Assembly (NCBI GenBank): GCA_041664285.1 | Contig: JBAYLA010000001.1 | Coordinates: 138,092 to 202,091, forward strand | Direction of reading: 5' to 3' | Origin: Minisyncoccota bacterium | GTDB taxonomy: Bacteria; Patescibacteriota; Minisyncoccia; Phycocordibacterales; UBA9973 | DNA: 64,000 nt | Shown here: positions 1 to 9,527 of the stretch, piece by piece | How positions within the stretch are numbered: the first letter of the stretch is position 1 | Layout: each line of letters opens with the position of its first letter | The notes under the pieces: generated by a model | The model's input: the letters and a program-made list of their open reading frames with translations, nothing else | What the model was told of the DNA's origin: nothing | Databases searched by the model: none | Made by a program: the position numbers and the translations under genes

Positions 1-1
1 A

Positions 2-700
2 ATTGCTAAGATTGGTGCTACCTTTTTCCCCGAAAAAGTTATTATTCGTTTTTCTGATTTCAAGACGAATGAATATCGTACATTGTTGGGTGGTGAGTTG
101 TATGAACCTCATGAAGAGAATCCGATGTTGGGATGGCGTGGAGCTTCTCGATATTACGATCCTAAATTCAAAGAATCGTTTAGCCTAGAATGTCAGGCAA
201 TGAAAATTGTCCGAGAGGATATGGGGCTTACTAATGTGATTCCAATGATTCCATTTTGTCGAACTCCAGAGGAGGGGAAAAATGTAATAGAAGTAATGAA
301 AGAATTTGGTCTAGATCGTGCCAAAGACAGCTCTCTTCATATTTATGTAATGTGTGAGATACCTTCCAATATTCTTCTAGCAGATGAATATCTAGAAATT
401 TTTGACGGAATGTCTATTGGCTCCAACGATTTGACTCAGCTCACTCTCGGGCTTGATCGTGATTCTGGAATAGTCACTCATATTGCCAACGAAAATAATC
501 CTGCAGTGAAAAAGCTTATCGCAGAAATCATTCACAAATGCAAAGAAAAAGGTAAGTACATAGGTATTTGTGGTCAAGCACCTTCAGACTATCCAGACTT
601 TGCAGAGTTCCTTGAAGAGGAAGGAATAGAAAGCATGTCTCTAAATCCTGACACGATTATTAAAATAATCATGGCGTTGAGTGAGAACGAAAAAAAATAA
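2..700 (+). CDS. PEP-utilizing enzyme, C-terminal TIM-barrel domain (PEP synthase / pyruvate phosphate dikinase-like); 5' end truncated by the window edge
   Basis: Frame 2 is open from nt 2 with no stop. The translation ...RFSDFKTNEYRTLLGGELYEPHEENPMLGWRGASRY...IGICGQAPSDYPDFAEFLEEEGIESMSLNPD matches the conserved C-terminal PEP-utilizer domain. Confidence 0.75.
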   Translation: MAKIGATFFPEKVIIRFSDFKTNEYRTLLGGELYEPHEENPMLGWRGASRYYDPKFKESFSLECQAMKIVREDMGLTNVIPMIPFCRTPEEGKNVIEVMKEFGLDRAKDSSLHIYVMCEIPSNILLADEYLEIFDGMSIGSNDLTQLTLGLDRDSGIVTHIANENNPAVKKLIAEIIHKCKEKGKYIGICGQAPSDYPDFAEFLEEEGIESMSLNPDTIIKIIMALSENEKK

Positions 701-709
701 AAATCTCTG

Positions 710-791
710 TGCTGGGAGGGAGACTCGAACTCCCAAGGGTTGCCCCACTAGTTCCTAAGACTAGCGCGTATACCAATTCCGCCATCCCAGC
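710..791 (-). tRNA. tRNA-Leu (anticodon TAG)
   Basis: Reverse complement GCTGGGA...CTAGT-CTTAGGA-ACTAG...long variable arm...GGGAGTTCGAGTCTCCC-TCCCAGC-A; cloverleaf folded by hand; type II tRNA. Confidence 0.85.
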
Positions 792-854
792 AATTTCAAA
801 ATTTCGCCTCGTCCACGTTAGAAATTTCCAATAGTGGAAATTTCTTTACGCGTG

Positions 855-927
855 TCCGCCCTGGAGGGATCGAACCTCCGACCTTATCCTTAAGAGGGAT
901 CTGCTCTACCAGCTGAGCTAAGGGCGG
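855..927 (-). tRNA. tRNA-Lys (anticodon CTT)
   Basis: Reverse complement ...TAGCTCAGCTGGTAGAGCA-GATCC-CTCTTAA-GGATA-AGGTC-GGAGGTTCGATCCCTCC-AGGGCGG-A. The acceptor reads CCGCCCT/AGGGCGG (unusual C1:G72), so the exact ends are uncertain by 1 nt. Confidence 0.75.
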
Positions 928-1024
928 GTATATGATTTATCAAAAACAACTTTATATTATTTAACAATCTAACGACCTACCAAAACAGCTAAGGGCGGTT
1001 ACTAAATCTTGCCTTGTGCAAGTG

Positions 1025-1106
1025 TGCCCGGAGTGGGAATCGAACCCACATCCCTTGCGAGACACGATTTTAAGTCGTGCGCGTATACCAGTTCCGCCAT
1101 CCGGGC
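1025..1106 (-). tRNA. tRNA-Leu (anticodon TAA)
   Basis: Reverse complement GCCCGGATGGCGGAACTGGTATACGCGCACGA-CTTAAAA-TCGTG...long variable arm...GTGGGTTCGATTCCCAC-TCCGGGC-A. Confidence 0.85.
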
Positions 1107-1138
1107 AAACATTCTAAAATATTTTAACATACTTTAGA

Positions 1139-1213
1139 TGGAGGCCTGGGTGGGAATCGCACCCACGTATATTCCTTTTGCAGAGGAATGCCTTACTACT
1201 TGGCTACCAGGCC
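1139..1213 (-). tRNA. tRNA-Cys (anticodon GCA), CCA encoded
   Basis: Reverse complement GGCCTGGTAGCCAAGTAGTAAGGCA-TTCCT-CTGCAAA-AGGAA...GTGGGTGCGATTCCCAC-CCAGGCC-T-CCA; U73 discriminator as expected for tRNA-Cys. Confidence 0.85.
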
Positions 1214-1250
1214 TTATTTTATTTAATAAAAACTTACTATTTTAAGAAGT

Positions 1251-1574
1251 TTAACCATTTCGAAGCAATTCGTCAATTTTCTGTCTGTTTTTTTCTCCTT
1301 GATCTATGGCTACATCTAGAAAAGGAATTGTCTTTATCTCTATGTTCTTTTTGATAAATCCTCGCAATTCTCCAAGGTTTCGTTTTATAAATCCTAGTGC
1401 ATCTTTCTCTTTATTAGAAGGAAGAACGGTGATGAATATGGTTGCCTTTTTTAGATCAGGGGAGCAAGAGGTGGAAATAACAGTAATGAGCGAAGTTCTA
1501 TTATTTTCTCTTCCTAAAAATTGAGCCGCCAATTCTTTTATTTGATTTGCTACTTTTTCGTTTCTCTGTATCAT
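1251..1574 (-). CDS. rbfA: ribosome-binding factor A
   Basis: 107-aa ORF immediately downstream of infB and overlapping it by 4 nt; size and position are typical for RbfA. Confidence 0.75.
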   Translation of the reverse strand: MIQRNEKVANQIKELAAQFLGRENNRTSLITVISTSCSPDLKKATIFITVLPSNKEKDALGFIKRNLGELRGFIKKNIEIKTIPFLDVAIDQGEKNRQKIDELLRNG

Positions 1575-3103
1575 TTTTGTGTTATTGAAAAGGACTCCAA
1601 TATATCTCCAGCTACAACTTCTATTTTTGATTCAATCATCATGCCAAATTCAGAACCTTCTTCGACGGTACTTGTTTTTATTTTATTTTTTTCTAAATTG
1701 ATTATTTTAGCTCGGCCGATCTCAAATTCTCGACGCATTATTTTTACTGTACTATTTAAGTTTATCTGTCCTTCTACAACCTTACCTCCCACTATTTGGC
1801 GTTCCTTGGTGCGACTAAAAGCTCTGATAATTTTTGCCCGGCCCACTACCTCTGTGGTTTCAATTTTTGGTCTTCTTTCTTCCATTTGTGTTTCTAGCCA
1901 TTCAGTCATTTTGTAAATAATTTCAAAGAAGGAAATTGTAATTCCTCTCTTTTCTGCGATTTCCATGGCACTACTGTCCGCTTTAACATTAAATCCGATA
2001 ACCAATGCATCAACACCACAAGAAACTCCCTTTATGTCAGATTCAGAAATTGGTCCGATACCCTTACTGACAATTTTAAATTCAGCATTTTGGATTTCGC
2101 TTTTATTTTGTATTTTAGTGATTTCTTTTTCGATGGCTTCAAGAGAACCAGAAACATCGGCTTTTAATATTATTGGTATTATTTTTTTATTTATTTCCTC
2201 TGATTTAGAAGTTTTTTCTTTGAGAGAAGGGACCACTTTTAAATTTTTCCAATTTTCTATTTCTTCTACGGCATCTCCCTTTTTTTGAAAAGTTTTAAAC
2301 TGCGCACCTACTCTTGGCATTTTATCAAATCCGACAATGCGGATAGGGGAAGAGAAAGTTGCTTCGCTTATCATTTTTCCTAGAAAATTTTCTATTATTC
2401 GCGTAGAACACATAGTATCTTCAACTACGACAGTCGTTCCTTTTTTAACGGATCCATTTTTGATAACCAAGGTAGCCATTATCCCACGCCTAGAATCTAA
2501 ATTTACTTCAATGACAAAACCAGAAGCAGGCAGAGCACTATCTCCGGTTAAATTTTCCATTTCTGCTAGAATTAAAATAATCGAGAGTAAATCGTTTACT
2601 CCAGTGCCAACTTTTGCGGAAATTTCTACGAAAGGAATTTTGCCTCCATAATTTTCTAAATAAATTTCATTTTCTGCCAGTTCCGTTTTTGTTTTTTCAA
2701 CATTAGCATCGGCTTTATCTATTTTATTTATCGCGACAATGCATGGGATACCGGATTCTACAATAGTTTTCCAAGCTTCAATTGTTTGTGGTTTTACTCC
2801 TTCAGAAGCGGAAACGACTAAGATAGCAATATCAGCTATTTCTGCACCACGTTCTCGCATTTTTGAAAAGGCTTCGTGTCCTGGGGTATCTAGAAAAGTG
2901 ATTATTTTATCTTGCTTATTTTCATCCAGATGGACAACTTCGTAAGCGGAAAGTCTCTGAGTTATTCCTCCAACTTCATTTTCAGTAATAGCTGTTTTTC
3001 TTATGTAGTCAAGCAAGGTTGATTTACCATGATCAATGTGACCCATTATCACTACCACTGGTGGCCTTGCCACTATATTTTGTTTTTTATTATTTTGTTC
3101 CAT
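1571..3103 (-). CDS. infB: translation initiation factor IF-2 (short form lacking the N-terminal extension)
   Basis: G-domain motifs VVIMGHIDHGKSTLLD, DTPGHEAF and NKID; the C-terminal IF2 domains are conserved. Confidence 0.92.
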   Translation of the reverse strand: MEQNNKKQNIVARPPVVVIMGHIDHGKSTLLDYIRKTAITENEVGGITQRLSAYEVVHLDENKQDKIITFLDTPGHEAFSKMRERGAEIADIAILVVSASEGVKPQTIEAWKTIVESGIPCIVAINKIDKADANVEKTKTELAENEIYLENYGGKIPFVEISAKVGTGVNDLLSIILILAEMENLTGDSALPASGFVIEVNLDSRRGIMATLVIKNGSVKKGTTVVVEDTMCSTRIIENFLGKMISEATFSSPIRIVGFDKMPRVGAQFKTFQKKGDAVEEIENWKNLKVVPSLKEKTSKSEEINKKIIPIILKADVSGSLEAIEKEITKIQNKSEIQNAEFKIVSKGIGPISESDIKGVSCGVDALVIGFNVKADSSAMEIAEKRGITISFFEIIYKMTEWLETQMEERRPKIETTEVVGRAKIIRAFSRTKERQIVGGKVVEGQINLNSTVKIMRREFEIGRAKIINLEKNKIKTSTVEEGSEFGMMIESKIEVVAGDILESFSITQK

Positions 3104-3107
3104 TGCT

Positions 3108-3575
3108 TTATTTTACTTCAGCTTTTTTAAGAGCTTCTTTTTCCTCGGTGGTTAGCTCATATTCCGAATTTCCTTTTTTAATAGGTTTAGCAAAGATGCT
3201 CATTCGTTCACGAGAATATAAACTTGAAATTACCAAACCATCACCTTCTTCATTTAACATCCCAATAGCAAAACTTTGGTTACTACCTTGGTCTGGAAAT
3301 GGATTGAAGCGTATTGTTTCAAGTCCGCGAATGCTTTTTTTCAATTTAGAATTTATGGAAGTAATGTTTTTTTCAATTTCTTCCTTTGCCTTATTTAATT
3401 TACTGATCTCAGCTTCTAGAATGACGATAGTTTCTTCTAAATCTTTTGCTTTTTTACCAAGAAAAAATCTTTTTAGACGTTTTTCGGTGATAATAGCCCA
3501 AATAATGCCCAAAATAAAAAATAAGGCGATAAATGCACTTAAAATAAAAAAAGCAATTTCAAGCTTTGTATTCAT
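3108..3575 (-). CDS. DUF4446-family protein (N-terminal TM helix, coiled coil)
   Basis: Motif RFNPFPDQGSNQSFAIGMLNEEGDGLVISSLYSRERMSIFAKPI is characteristic of DUF4446. It lies upstream of infB in the same operon. Confidence 0.55.
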   Translation of the reverse strand: MNTKLEIAFFILSAFIALFFILGIIWAIITEKRLKRFFLGKKAKDLEETIVILEAEISKLNKAKEEIEKNITSINSKLKKSIRGLETIRFNPFPDQGSNQSFAIGMLNEEGDGLVISSLYSRERMSIFAKPIKKGNSEYELTTEEKEALKKAEVK

Positions 3576-3599
3576 ATGATTTCAATATATACTATTTTT

Positions 3600-4817
3600 A
3601 TGTCGAAATCAATGCAAAAATTGAATAAAATTTACCTTGATTATGCAGCGAGCGTAGAAGCGAATCCTAGCTCTATCCACTCGACTGGCGTAGAAGCAAA
3701 GATAAAACTTCAAAATTCACGCAAAGTTGTCGCTAATATTTTAGGTGCTAGGCCGGAAGAAATAATTTTCACGAGCGGTGGAACAGAAAGCAACAATCTG
3801 GCAATTCAAGGTGTAGTTTTGGCTTGGCATAGAAAAGGGTTGCCACACATTATTACTACCAACATCGAGCATCCTTCAGTATTGAAAACTTTTAAATTAC
3901 TTGAGCAAAGAAAACTTGCGGAGATTTCAGTAATTGCAGTTGAACCAAACGGTATAGTAGATCCAAAAAAAATAAAAAAAGAAATAAAAAAAAATACAAT
4001 ACTTGTTTCAGTAATGTATGCTAATAATGAAATTGGCACTATTCAACCGATAAAAGAAATTGCGAAAGAAATTAGGCACTATAGAAAAATAAGTAAAAAC
4101 TTAACTCTACCAATATTCCACACAGACGCAGTGCAGGCAGTAAATTATTTAGATCTTAGCGTAGAAAAATTGGGTGTAGATTTACTTTCACTTTCTGGTT
4201 CAAAAATAGAAGAAGCCGGCAGGGTTGGAGTTCTTTATAAAAAGAACACAATTAAACTTGAGAAAATATTTGGTGGAGGAGATCAAGAAATGGGGTTACG
4301 TCCAGGAACAGAAAATTTGCCGGAAATTATAAGCTTTTCCAAGGCGCTAAAATTAACGCAAGATATGAAAGAGAAAGAAACAAAACGTTTAACCAAACTT
4401 CGAGATTATTTTATAAGTGAATTTCGCAGAATTATCTTTTTCTCAGGATCTCCTGCTTCGCAACGTCAACCATTCAAAAAAGATAATCCTGCTTCTTTCA
4501 TCATTAACGGGGATTTACAGAATAGATTGCCGAACAATGTAAATATAACTTTTTATAAAATTCCAAGTGATCTTTTGGTTATTGAACTTTCAGTGAAAGG
4601 AATAATGGCATCTTCGAAAAGTGCTTGCGAAAGTTCTAATGCCGAAGGTTCATATGTGATAAAAGCATTACGTAATGAGATGGGCTTGTCCTCCGAAGTT
4701 GGAGCGGGGGAGGGCGGAATGCGTTTTTCAATGGGCCGAAAAACCACCAAAAAAGATATAGATTATACGGTAAAAGCTTTATCTCAAATTTTGACTAAGT
4801 TAAAAAAGTGGTATTGA
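3600..4817 (+). CDS. cysteine desulfurase (class V aminotransferase, NifS/IscS-like). It carries an in-frame insertion of about 18 aa encoded by a palindromic repeat.
   Basis: YLDYAAS...SGGTESNN...H(T)DAVQA...SLSGSKI...SACESS...RFSMGRKTTKKDIDY. Start moved to the ATG at 3600; the track ORF begins at 3576, directly abutting the divergent gene. Confidence 0.85.
   Translation: MSKSMQKLNKIYLDYAASVEANPSSIHSTGVEAKIKLQNSRKVVANILGARPEEIIFTSGGTESNNLAIQGVVLAWHRKGLPHIITTNIEHPSVLKTFKLLEQRKLAEISVIAVEPNGIVDPKKIKKEIKKNTILVSVMYANNEIGTIQPIKEIAKEIRHYRKISKNLTLPIFHTDAVQAVNYLDLSVEKLGVDLLSLSGSKIEEAGRVGVLYKKNTIKLEKIFGGGDQEMGLRPGTENLPEIISFSKALKLTQDMKEKETKRLTKLRDYFISEFRRIIFFSGSPASQRQPFKKDNPASFIINGDLQNRLPNNVNITFYKIPSDLLVIELSVKGIMASSKSACESSNAEGSYVIKALRNEMGLSSEVGAGEGGMRFSMGRKTTKKDIDYTVKALSQILTKLKKWY
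4433..4498 (+). repeat. palindromic repeat element, 32-nt-core family, copy a, inside the cysteine desulfurase CDS
   Basis: AGAATTATCTTTTT-cTCAGGATcTCCTGCTtCGCAACGTCAACCATTc-AAAAAAGATAAT. It has 11-bp flanking inverted repeats and encodes FSGSPASQRQPFKKDNPAS, which is absent from IscS homologs at this position. Confidence 0.7.
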
Positions 4818-4842
4818 CAAAAGCCTTTATGGGGTATATAAT
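4814..4842 (+). promoter_or_regulatory. sigma70-type promoter TTGACA-N17-TATAAT (perfect consensus)
   Basis: TTGACA at 4814-4819, a 17-nt spacer, TATAAT at 4837-4842. An AAGGAG Shine-Dalgarno lies 8 nt upstream of the ATG at 4931. Confidence 0.7.
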
Positions 4843-4930
4843 TTAAGAGTAAAAAGAAAGTTTTTTGAAATTTTTATAAAATACGAAGCAATGGAGCTTC
4901 GTAAGCCTAAGTAAAAAAGGAGAAAAAACA

Positions 4931-5422
4931 ATGGATCAAGATTGTACTTTTGTAAAACGCGTTTGGGGTGACCGTCGGTGTGAACTCGCAGCAACGGATG
5001 GCAAGGAGACTCTTGCGGAAGCAAGGGATGTATTTATGATTATCGATAGTAGTATAAAGCCTCGAGTTAGTCAGATTAAGGCAACTCCTGTAACTCCCTT
5101 CACCATCTATCGAAAGTGTAAAGATGGGACACATGCTCAGGTTTTTAGTAGTTTTGGTGTAGACATGAAAAAGCTTTTATGGGAAGAAGAAAGTCAAATT
5201 ATAGCTTTCTCTCGCGACTATCGCGAAATTATGATTCAAGAGGACGTCAATAGTGGATTTTTCTTTCCCCTTAAAGATGATGGGGGATTCTCTGTTGTAA
5301 GTGTATTCGTGCGAAAAGGAGGTCTTTCTTTACACAAAGATTTGTTGTCTTACGAGGGTATATGGAAGGATGACGAAGAGTATAATTATTGTTATTTCTC
5401 TGTAATTCCTATGGTTCCTTAG
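4931..5422 (+). CDS. hypothetical protein (163 aa), locally elevated GC
   Basis: ORF with a strong promoter, a strong SD, and a downstream intrinsic terminator. No recognisable family. Confidence 0.6.
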   Translation: MDQDCTFVKRVWGDRRCELAATDGKETLAEARDVFMIIDSSIKPRVSQIKATPVTPFTIYRKCKDGTHAQVFSSFGVDMKKLLWEEESQIIAFSRDYREIMIQEDVNSGFFFPLKDDGGFSVVSVFVRKGGLSLHKDLLSYEGIWKDDEEYNYCYFSVIPMVP

Positions 5423-5454
5423 TTTTATTATAAGCCATTTCTCTGTTCGATTAT

Positions 5455-5490
5455 GAAAAACCGAACTGGAGGGACGGTTTTTCATTTTGC
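5455..5490 (+). terminator. Rho-independent terminator
   Basis: GAAAAACCG-aactggaggga-CGGTTTTTC followed by ATTTTGC. Confidence 0.6.
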
Positions 5491-5578
5491 CAATTTGAAA
5501 CTTTTTACCTTTTAAACTTATAAAAAATTTTGAATAAATTAAAAAAGTGGTATTAAAGCACTGCGATTTTGAAAGCTT

Positions 5579-5607
5579 TTGCAAAGATAAAAAATTGGGA
5601 GTATAAT
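5579..5607 (+). promoter_or_regulatory. sigma70-type promoter TTGCAA-N17-TATAAT placed for a leaderless transcript
   Basis: The -10 hexamer ends 8 nt before the ATG at 5616 and there is no Shine-Dalgarno sequence. Confidence 0.55.
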
Positions 5608-5615
5608 TACAGAAT

Positions 5616-6401
5616 ATGGACATTAAGGAATTAAATAAAACTCAACTTATATTATTGGCTATATTACTTAGTTTTATTACTTCCATAGCTACTGGTATAA
5701 CCACTGTGACTTTGATGCAACAGGCACCAGTCTCTTTCACCGCACCGATTAATCGCGTCGTTCAACAAACAATTGAAAAGATTCAGCAAGTGGAAGGAAA
5801 GACTACAGTGCAAACAGTAGTTGTGAAAGAAGAAGATTTAGTCGTGGATGCAATTGCAAAAAATCAATCCGCTGTTTTTTCTATAATTAAAGAAACCCAA
5901 GATTTAACTGGGGCAACCGTTGAAGTTGGAGCCGGACGGGGATTCGCAGTTTCTACTGATGGAATTATTGTGGCTGATGCTTTATCTGTTCCAGATAAAG
6001 GAGTTTATTATGTAAAAAATGATAGTGGAAAATTCAAAGCCGATTTTGTTTCTACCGATAAAGCGGGATTTTCTTTTCTGAACATAGGAGCCTCTGTCAA
6101 CGGTAAGGACAAACTTGTTTTCACTGTACCCGCCTTTGGAGATTTAGATAAAATGAAAACAGGACAGAAGGTTTTAGTTTTTGGTAGTAATATCTCTTCT
6201 TCTATTTTTGAAGGAGATAAAGATGTTAATATAAATGTTACAAAATCAAATACCGGAGGATTGGTCCTTAATTTAGACGGAGAAGCCCTTGGAATTGCTC
6301 TCTTTAGCGATACGACGAATTTTGCTTCAATCAAAACTATTAATGATGCCTTGAAAGCAATAACGCCTGCAAAGACAGACGTTACTTCTCCTAAAATCTA
6401 A
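5616..6401 (+). CDS. membrane-anchored trypsin-like (HtrA/DegP-like) domain protein, probably catalytically inactive
   Basis: N-terminal TM helix. GAGRGFAVSTDGIIVADA and SNTGGLVLNLDGEALGIA align to the HtrA GSGF...TNNHV and GNSGGPL...G..IGI blocks, but the catalytic His is absent and Ser is replaced by Thr. Confidence 0.5.
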   Translation: MDIKELNKTQLILLAILLSFITSIATGITTVTLMQQAPVSFTAPINRVVQQTIEKIQQVEGKTTVQTVVVKEEDLVVDAIAKNQSAVFSIIKETQDLTGATVEVGAGRGFAVSTDGIIVADALSVPDKGVYYVKNDSGKFKADFVSTDKAGFSFLNIGASVNGKDKLVFTVPAFGDLDKMKTGQKVLVFGSNISSSIFEGDKDVNINVTKSNTGGLVLNLDGEALGIALFSDTTNFASIKTINDALKAITPAKTDVTSPKI

Positions 6402-6441
6402 TAATATTTTTTACACTTGACACGTAGTGTATAATATAAAT

Positions 6442-9141
6442 ATGCCTCCATTGAATAAATTTACAACTAAAGCTAAAGACGCTATTAAGAAAGCCCATGA
6501 GCTGGCTATTGAACGTGGAGTAAACCATGTTTCTTCGCTTCATTTGCTTGGTGCGCTCTTACTGCAAGATGAATCAATGGTAAATTCGATTTTAGATAAA
6601 TTGGAAATTGACACCATGCTTTTAACAGATTCTGTTTTAGAATTAATTGAATTACCAGAATCACGTAGCACTATTTCACCGTCTTATCAGATTTATCTAA
6701 ACCCTGACTTGGCACAAGTTATTGAACAGTCAGCAAAATTAGCGGAATATATGAAAGATGATTTTGTTTCAACCGAACATCTTTTTATTGCTATCTTGGA
6801 AGTTACTAGCGAAGCCCGAGAAACTCTCGCGCGATTTAGAATTCACAAAGATCAAGTGATGAAAGTTTTAGAGCAACTTCGCAGTCAAAATATTACCGAC
6901 GTTTCTGAACCAAAGAAATTTAAATTATTAATAAAATATACTCGTAATTTAACCAAATTAGCCAAAGAAGATAAATTAGATCCAGTGATTGGTCGTGACA
7001 ATGAAATCACTCGTATCATGCAGATACTTTCGCGTCGAACAAAGAATAATCCAATTTTAATAGGCGAAGCTGGAACTGGCAAAACTGCAGTGGTGGAGGG
7101 GCTCGCTCAAATGATTATAAAAAATAATGTTCCCGAATCTCTAAAAGACAAAGAAGTTGTTTCACTTGATTTAGGATTACTGGTGGCTGGGACAAAATAT
7201 CGTGGAGAGTTTGAAGAGAGGTTGAAGGGGATTATGAAAGAAATTGAACGATCTGATGGAAAAATAATTCTTTTTATTGATGAAATACATACAATCGTTG
7301 GGGCTGGGGGAGCAGAGGGTACGATGGATGCTTCGAACATGTTGAAGCCGGCACTTTCTCGTGGAGAACTTCGAGCTATTGGCGCGACGACCCTGCGAGA
7401 ATATCAAAAACATATTGAAAAGGATCCTGCTCTAGCTCGTCGTTTTCAGCCAGTTTATATCGATGAACCTGGAATAGAAGATGCTGTAGCTATTCTTCGT
7501 GGTCTCAAAGAGAGATATGAACTTTTTCACGGAGTTAGAATTACCGATGACGCAATAGTTTCGGCTGTGAATCTTTCTTCTCGATATATCACAAACAGAT
7601 TTTTACCAGACAAAGCGGTTGATTTAATAGACGAAGCTTCTTCTTCCTTGAAAATAATGCTTGAGAATAAACCTCCAGTTTTAGAAGATGCCCATAGAAA
7701 AATAATGCGTCTAGAAATTGAAAAAGAAGCTCTGAAAAAAGAAATTAATTCTAAAGGAGAAGAGACAAAAGATAAACAAAAGGACAAAGAAATAAAAAGT
7801 AGAATTAAAGAAATTGATAAAGAAATAGGTAATTTAACCGAAAAAACAAAAGAACTTGAATTAAAATGGGCTAATGAAAAGCAAACTGTGGTTGAAATTC
7901 GAGCTATTAAGAAAGAAATAGAAACTATTCGCCTGGAGGCTGAAGACGCAGAAACAAAAGCCGACCTTTCAAAAGCAGCTGAAATACGTTATGGAAAAAT
8001 TCCGACATTACAAAAAGAACTTGAAGTAAAACTGGCGCGACTAAAAAAATTACAAAAATCACGCAGAATTTTAAAAGAAGAAATTACGGTTGAAGATATT
8101 GCCGAAGTGGTTTCTCGTTGGACAGGTATTCCTCTTACCAAAATGCTTGAAGGAGAGCGTGCCAAACTTGAGAAAATGGAACAAGAACTGAAGAAACGAG
8201 TCTTGGGTCAAGACGAGGCGATAAAACGTGTTGCAGACGTAATTAGGCGTTCTCGTGCGGGTATTTCGGATCCAAACAGACCAATTGGCTCCTTTATCTT
8301 TTTAGGTCCGACTGGAGTTGGTAAGACAGAACTTACTAAGACAATCGGTCAGTTTTTATTTGACGATGAAAGTGCAATTATCCGAGTTGATATGTCTGAA
8401 TACACAGAGAGACATTCAATGTCTAAACTCATTGGTTCTCCTCCTGGATATGTGGGTTATGATGAGTCCGGTCAGCTGACAGAGGCTGTTCGCCATAGGC
8501 CTTATGCAGTTATACTATTTGATGAAATTGAAAAAGCTCATCCAGAAGTTTTCAATATCCTTCTACAGGTTATTGATGAAGGACGCTTGACCGATGGAAA
8601 AGGAAGAGTAGTTAATTTCAAAAATACTATTATAATTTTGACTTCTAATATCGGTTCACAATTTGTAGAAAAAATGGAATCAATTGGATTTTCTAATAAT
8701 TCTCAAAAACAAGATTACAGTAACATGAAAGAAAAAGTGATGGAAGCGCTGAAAGAAAATTTCCGTCCAGAATTTTTGAATCGCCTAGACGAGGTTGTTG
8801 TCTTTGATGTTTTATCAGAAGAAGCTCTCAGGGAAATAGTTAATTTGCGAATCCAAGTAGTTGCTGATCGTCTGAAGAGTAAAGGGATAAATTTTGGAAT
8901 TTCTGACGAAGCCCTGTCTCTTTTGGCTAAAGAAGGTTACGATCCACATTTTGGTGCGAGACCCCTTAATCGTTTAATTCAGAGCAAGATTTTAAATTCA
9001 GTTGCTACTTTTATAATTTCAAACAAAGTCTCAAAAGGGGATACTGTTTATGTTTCGGTAAAAAATAAAGAATTTGTGATTGAAGCCAAAAAGGGCAAAA
9101 TTAAAAGTTCTATTCGAGTCCGAACTCCTTTGTCGACTTAG
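6442..9141 (+). CDS. clpB: ATP-dependent chaperone ClpB
   Basis: Two AAA+ modules ([28 protein letters not shown]) and a long coiled-coil middle domain. The track ORF starts at a GTG at 6427; the ATG at 6442 (MPPLNKF...) is preferred. Confidence 0.92.
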   Translation: MPPLNKFTTKAKDAIKKAHELAIERGVNHVSSLHLLGALLLQDESMVNSILDKLEIDTMLLTDSVLELIELPESRSTISPSYQIYLNPDLAQVIEQSAKLAEYMKDDFVSTEHLFIAILEVTSEARETLARFRIHKDQVMKVLEQLRSQNITDVSEPKKFKLLIKYTRNLTKLAKEDKLDPVIGRDNEITRIMQILSRRTKNNPILIGEAGTGKTAVVEGLAQMIIKNNVPESLKDKEVVSLDLGLLVAGTKYRGEFEERLKGIMKEIERSDGKIILFIDEIHTIVGAGGAEGTMDASNMLKPALSRGELRAIGATTLREYQKHIEKDPALARRFQPVYIDEPGIEDAVAILRGLKERYELFHGVRITDDAIVSAVNLSSRYITNRFLPDKAVDLIDEASSSLKIMLENKPPVLEDAHRKIMRLEIEKEALKKEINSKGEETKDKQKDKEIKSRIKEIDKEIGNLTEKTKELELKWANEKQTVVEIRAIKKEIETIRLEAEDAETKADLSKAAEIRYGKIPTLQKELEVKLARLKKLQKSRRILKEEITVEDIAEVVSRWTGIPLTKMLEGERAKLEKMEQELKKRVLGQDEAIKRVADVIRRSRAGISDPNRPIGSFIFLGPTGVGKTELTKTIGQFLFDDESAIIRVDMSEYTERHSMSKLIGSPPGYVGYDESGQLTEAVRHRPYAVILFDEIEKAHPEVFNILLQVIDEGRLTDGKGRVVNFKNTIIILTSNIGSQFVEKMESIGFSNNSQKQDYSNMKEKVMEALKENFRPEFLNRLDEVVVFDVLSEEALREIVNLRIQVVADRLKSKGINFGISDEALSLLAKEGYDPHFGARPLNRLIQSKILNSVATFIISNKVSKGDTVYVSVKNKEFVIEAKKGKIKSSIRVRTPLST

Positions 9142-9148
9142 ATTTTTG

Positions 9149-9219
9149 TGCGAGTAGGGGGAATCGAACCCCCGTCTAATCCTTGGGAAGGACTCATTCT
9201 ACCACTAAACCATACTCGC
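9149..9219 (-). tRNA. tRNA-Gly (anticodon CCC)
   Basis: Reverse complement GCGAGTATGGTTTAGTGGTAGAATG-AGTCC-TTCCCAA-GGATT-AGAC-GGGGGTTCGATTCCCCC-TACTCGC-A. Confidence 0.85.
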
Positions 9220-9264
9220 ATATTATGTTATAATAGCTTATTACAAATTATTTTCAATATTTTT

Positions 9265-9498
9265 ATGCAAAAGGTAACAATTTATTCAACTCCGTCTTGT
9301 CATTTTTGCCATCTGGCGAAAGATTTTTTTACGGCAAATGGTATCGTTTATACAGAGTATAATGTTGCGAGTGATTTAGAAAAAAGAAAAGAAATGATAG
9401 AAAAAAGTGGCCAAATGGGCGTGCCAGTTATAATCATAGGAGATGAAATCACTGTTGGTTTTGATAAGCCCAAGATAGCAAAATTGCTTGGACTTTAA
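9265..9498 (+). CDS. glutaredoxin-like protein (NrdH/Grx family)
   Basis: MQKVTIYSTPSCHFCHLAKDFF... has a CxxC motif and a thioredoxin-fold signature (GVPVIIIGDE). The track ORF 9148.. reads through tRNA-Gly, so the real start is the ATG at 9265. Confidence 0.75.
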   Translation: MQKVTIYSTPSCHFCHLAKDFFTANGIVYTEYNVASDLEKRKEMIEKSGQMGVPVIIIGDEITVGFDKPKIAKLLGL

Positions 9499-9527
9499 TA
9501 TCCATCTAATATATTATTGCTCTTATA

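Noticed and set aside
855-927. tRNA-Lys as a possible pseudogene because of the C1:G72 acceptor pair and G27:A43 mismatch
   Set aside because: All other cloverleaf elements, the T loop and the anticodon loop are canonical, so it is more likely a functional tRNA with an unusual first pair. Boundaries are given with 1-nt uncertainty.
1306-3579. Track ORFs antisense to or overlapping rbfA, infB and DUF4446 (1306..1524, 1521..1916, 1965..2288, 2337..2651, 2739..2945, 3019..3579)
   Set aside because: They lie entirely within, and antisense to, strongly supported conserved genes. They have no start context and low-complexity translations, so they are spurious.
6417-6422. TTGACA hexamer upstream of clpB as its -35 element
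   Set aside because: It lies only 7 nt from the TATAAT hexamer, and a 17 +/- 1 nt spacer is required. The promoter is more likely TG-extended-minus-10 driven.
9148-9264. N-terminal extension of the glutaredoxin-like ORF (track 9148..9498)
   Set aside because: The extension is the reverse complement of tRNA-Gly(CCC). The conserved Grx fold begins at the ATG at 9265.
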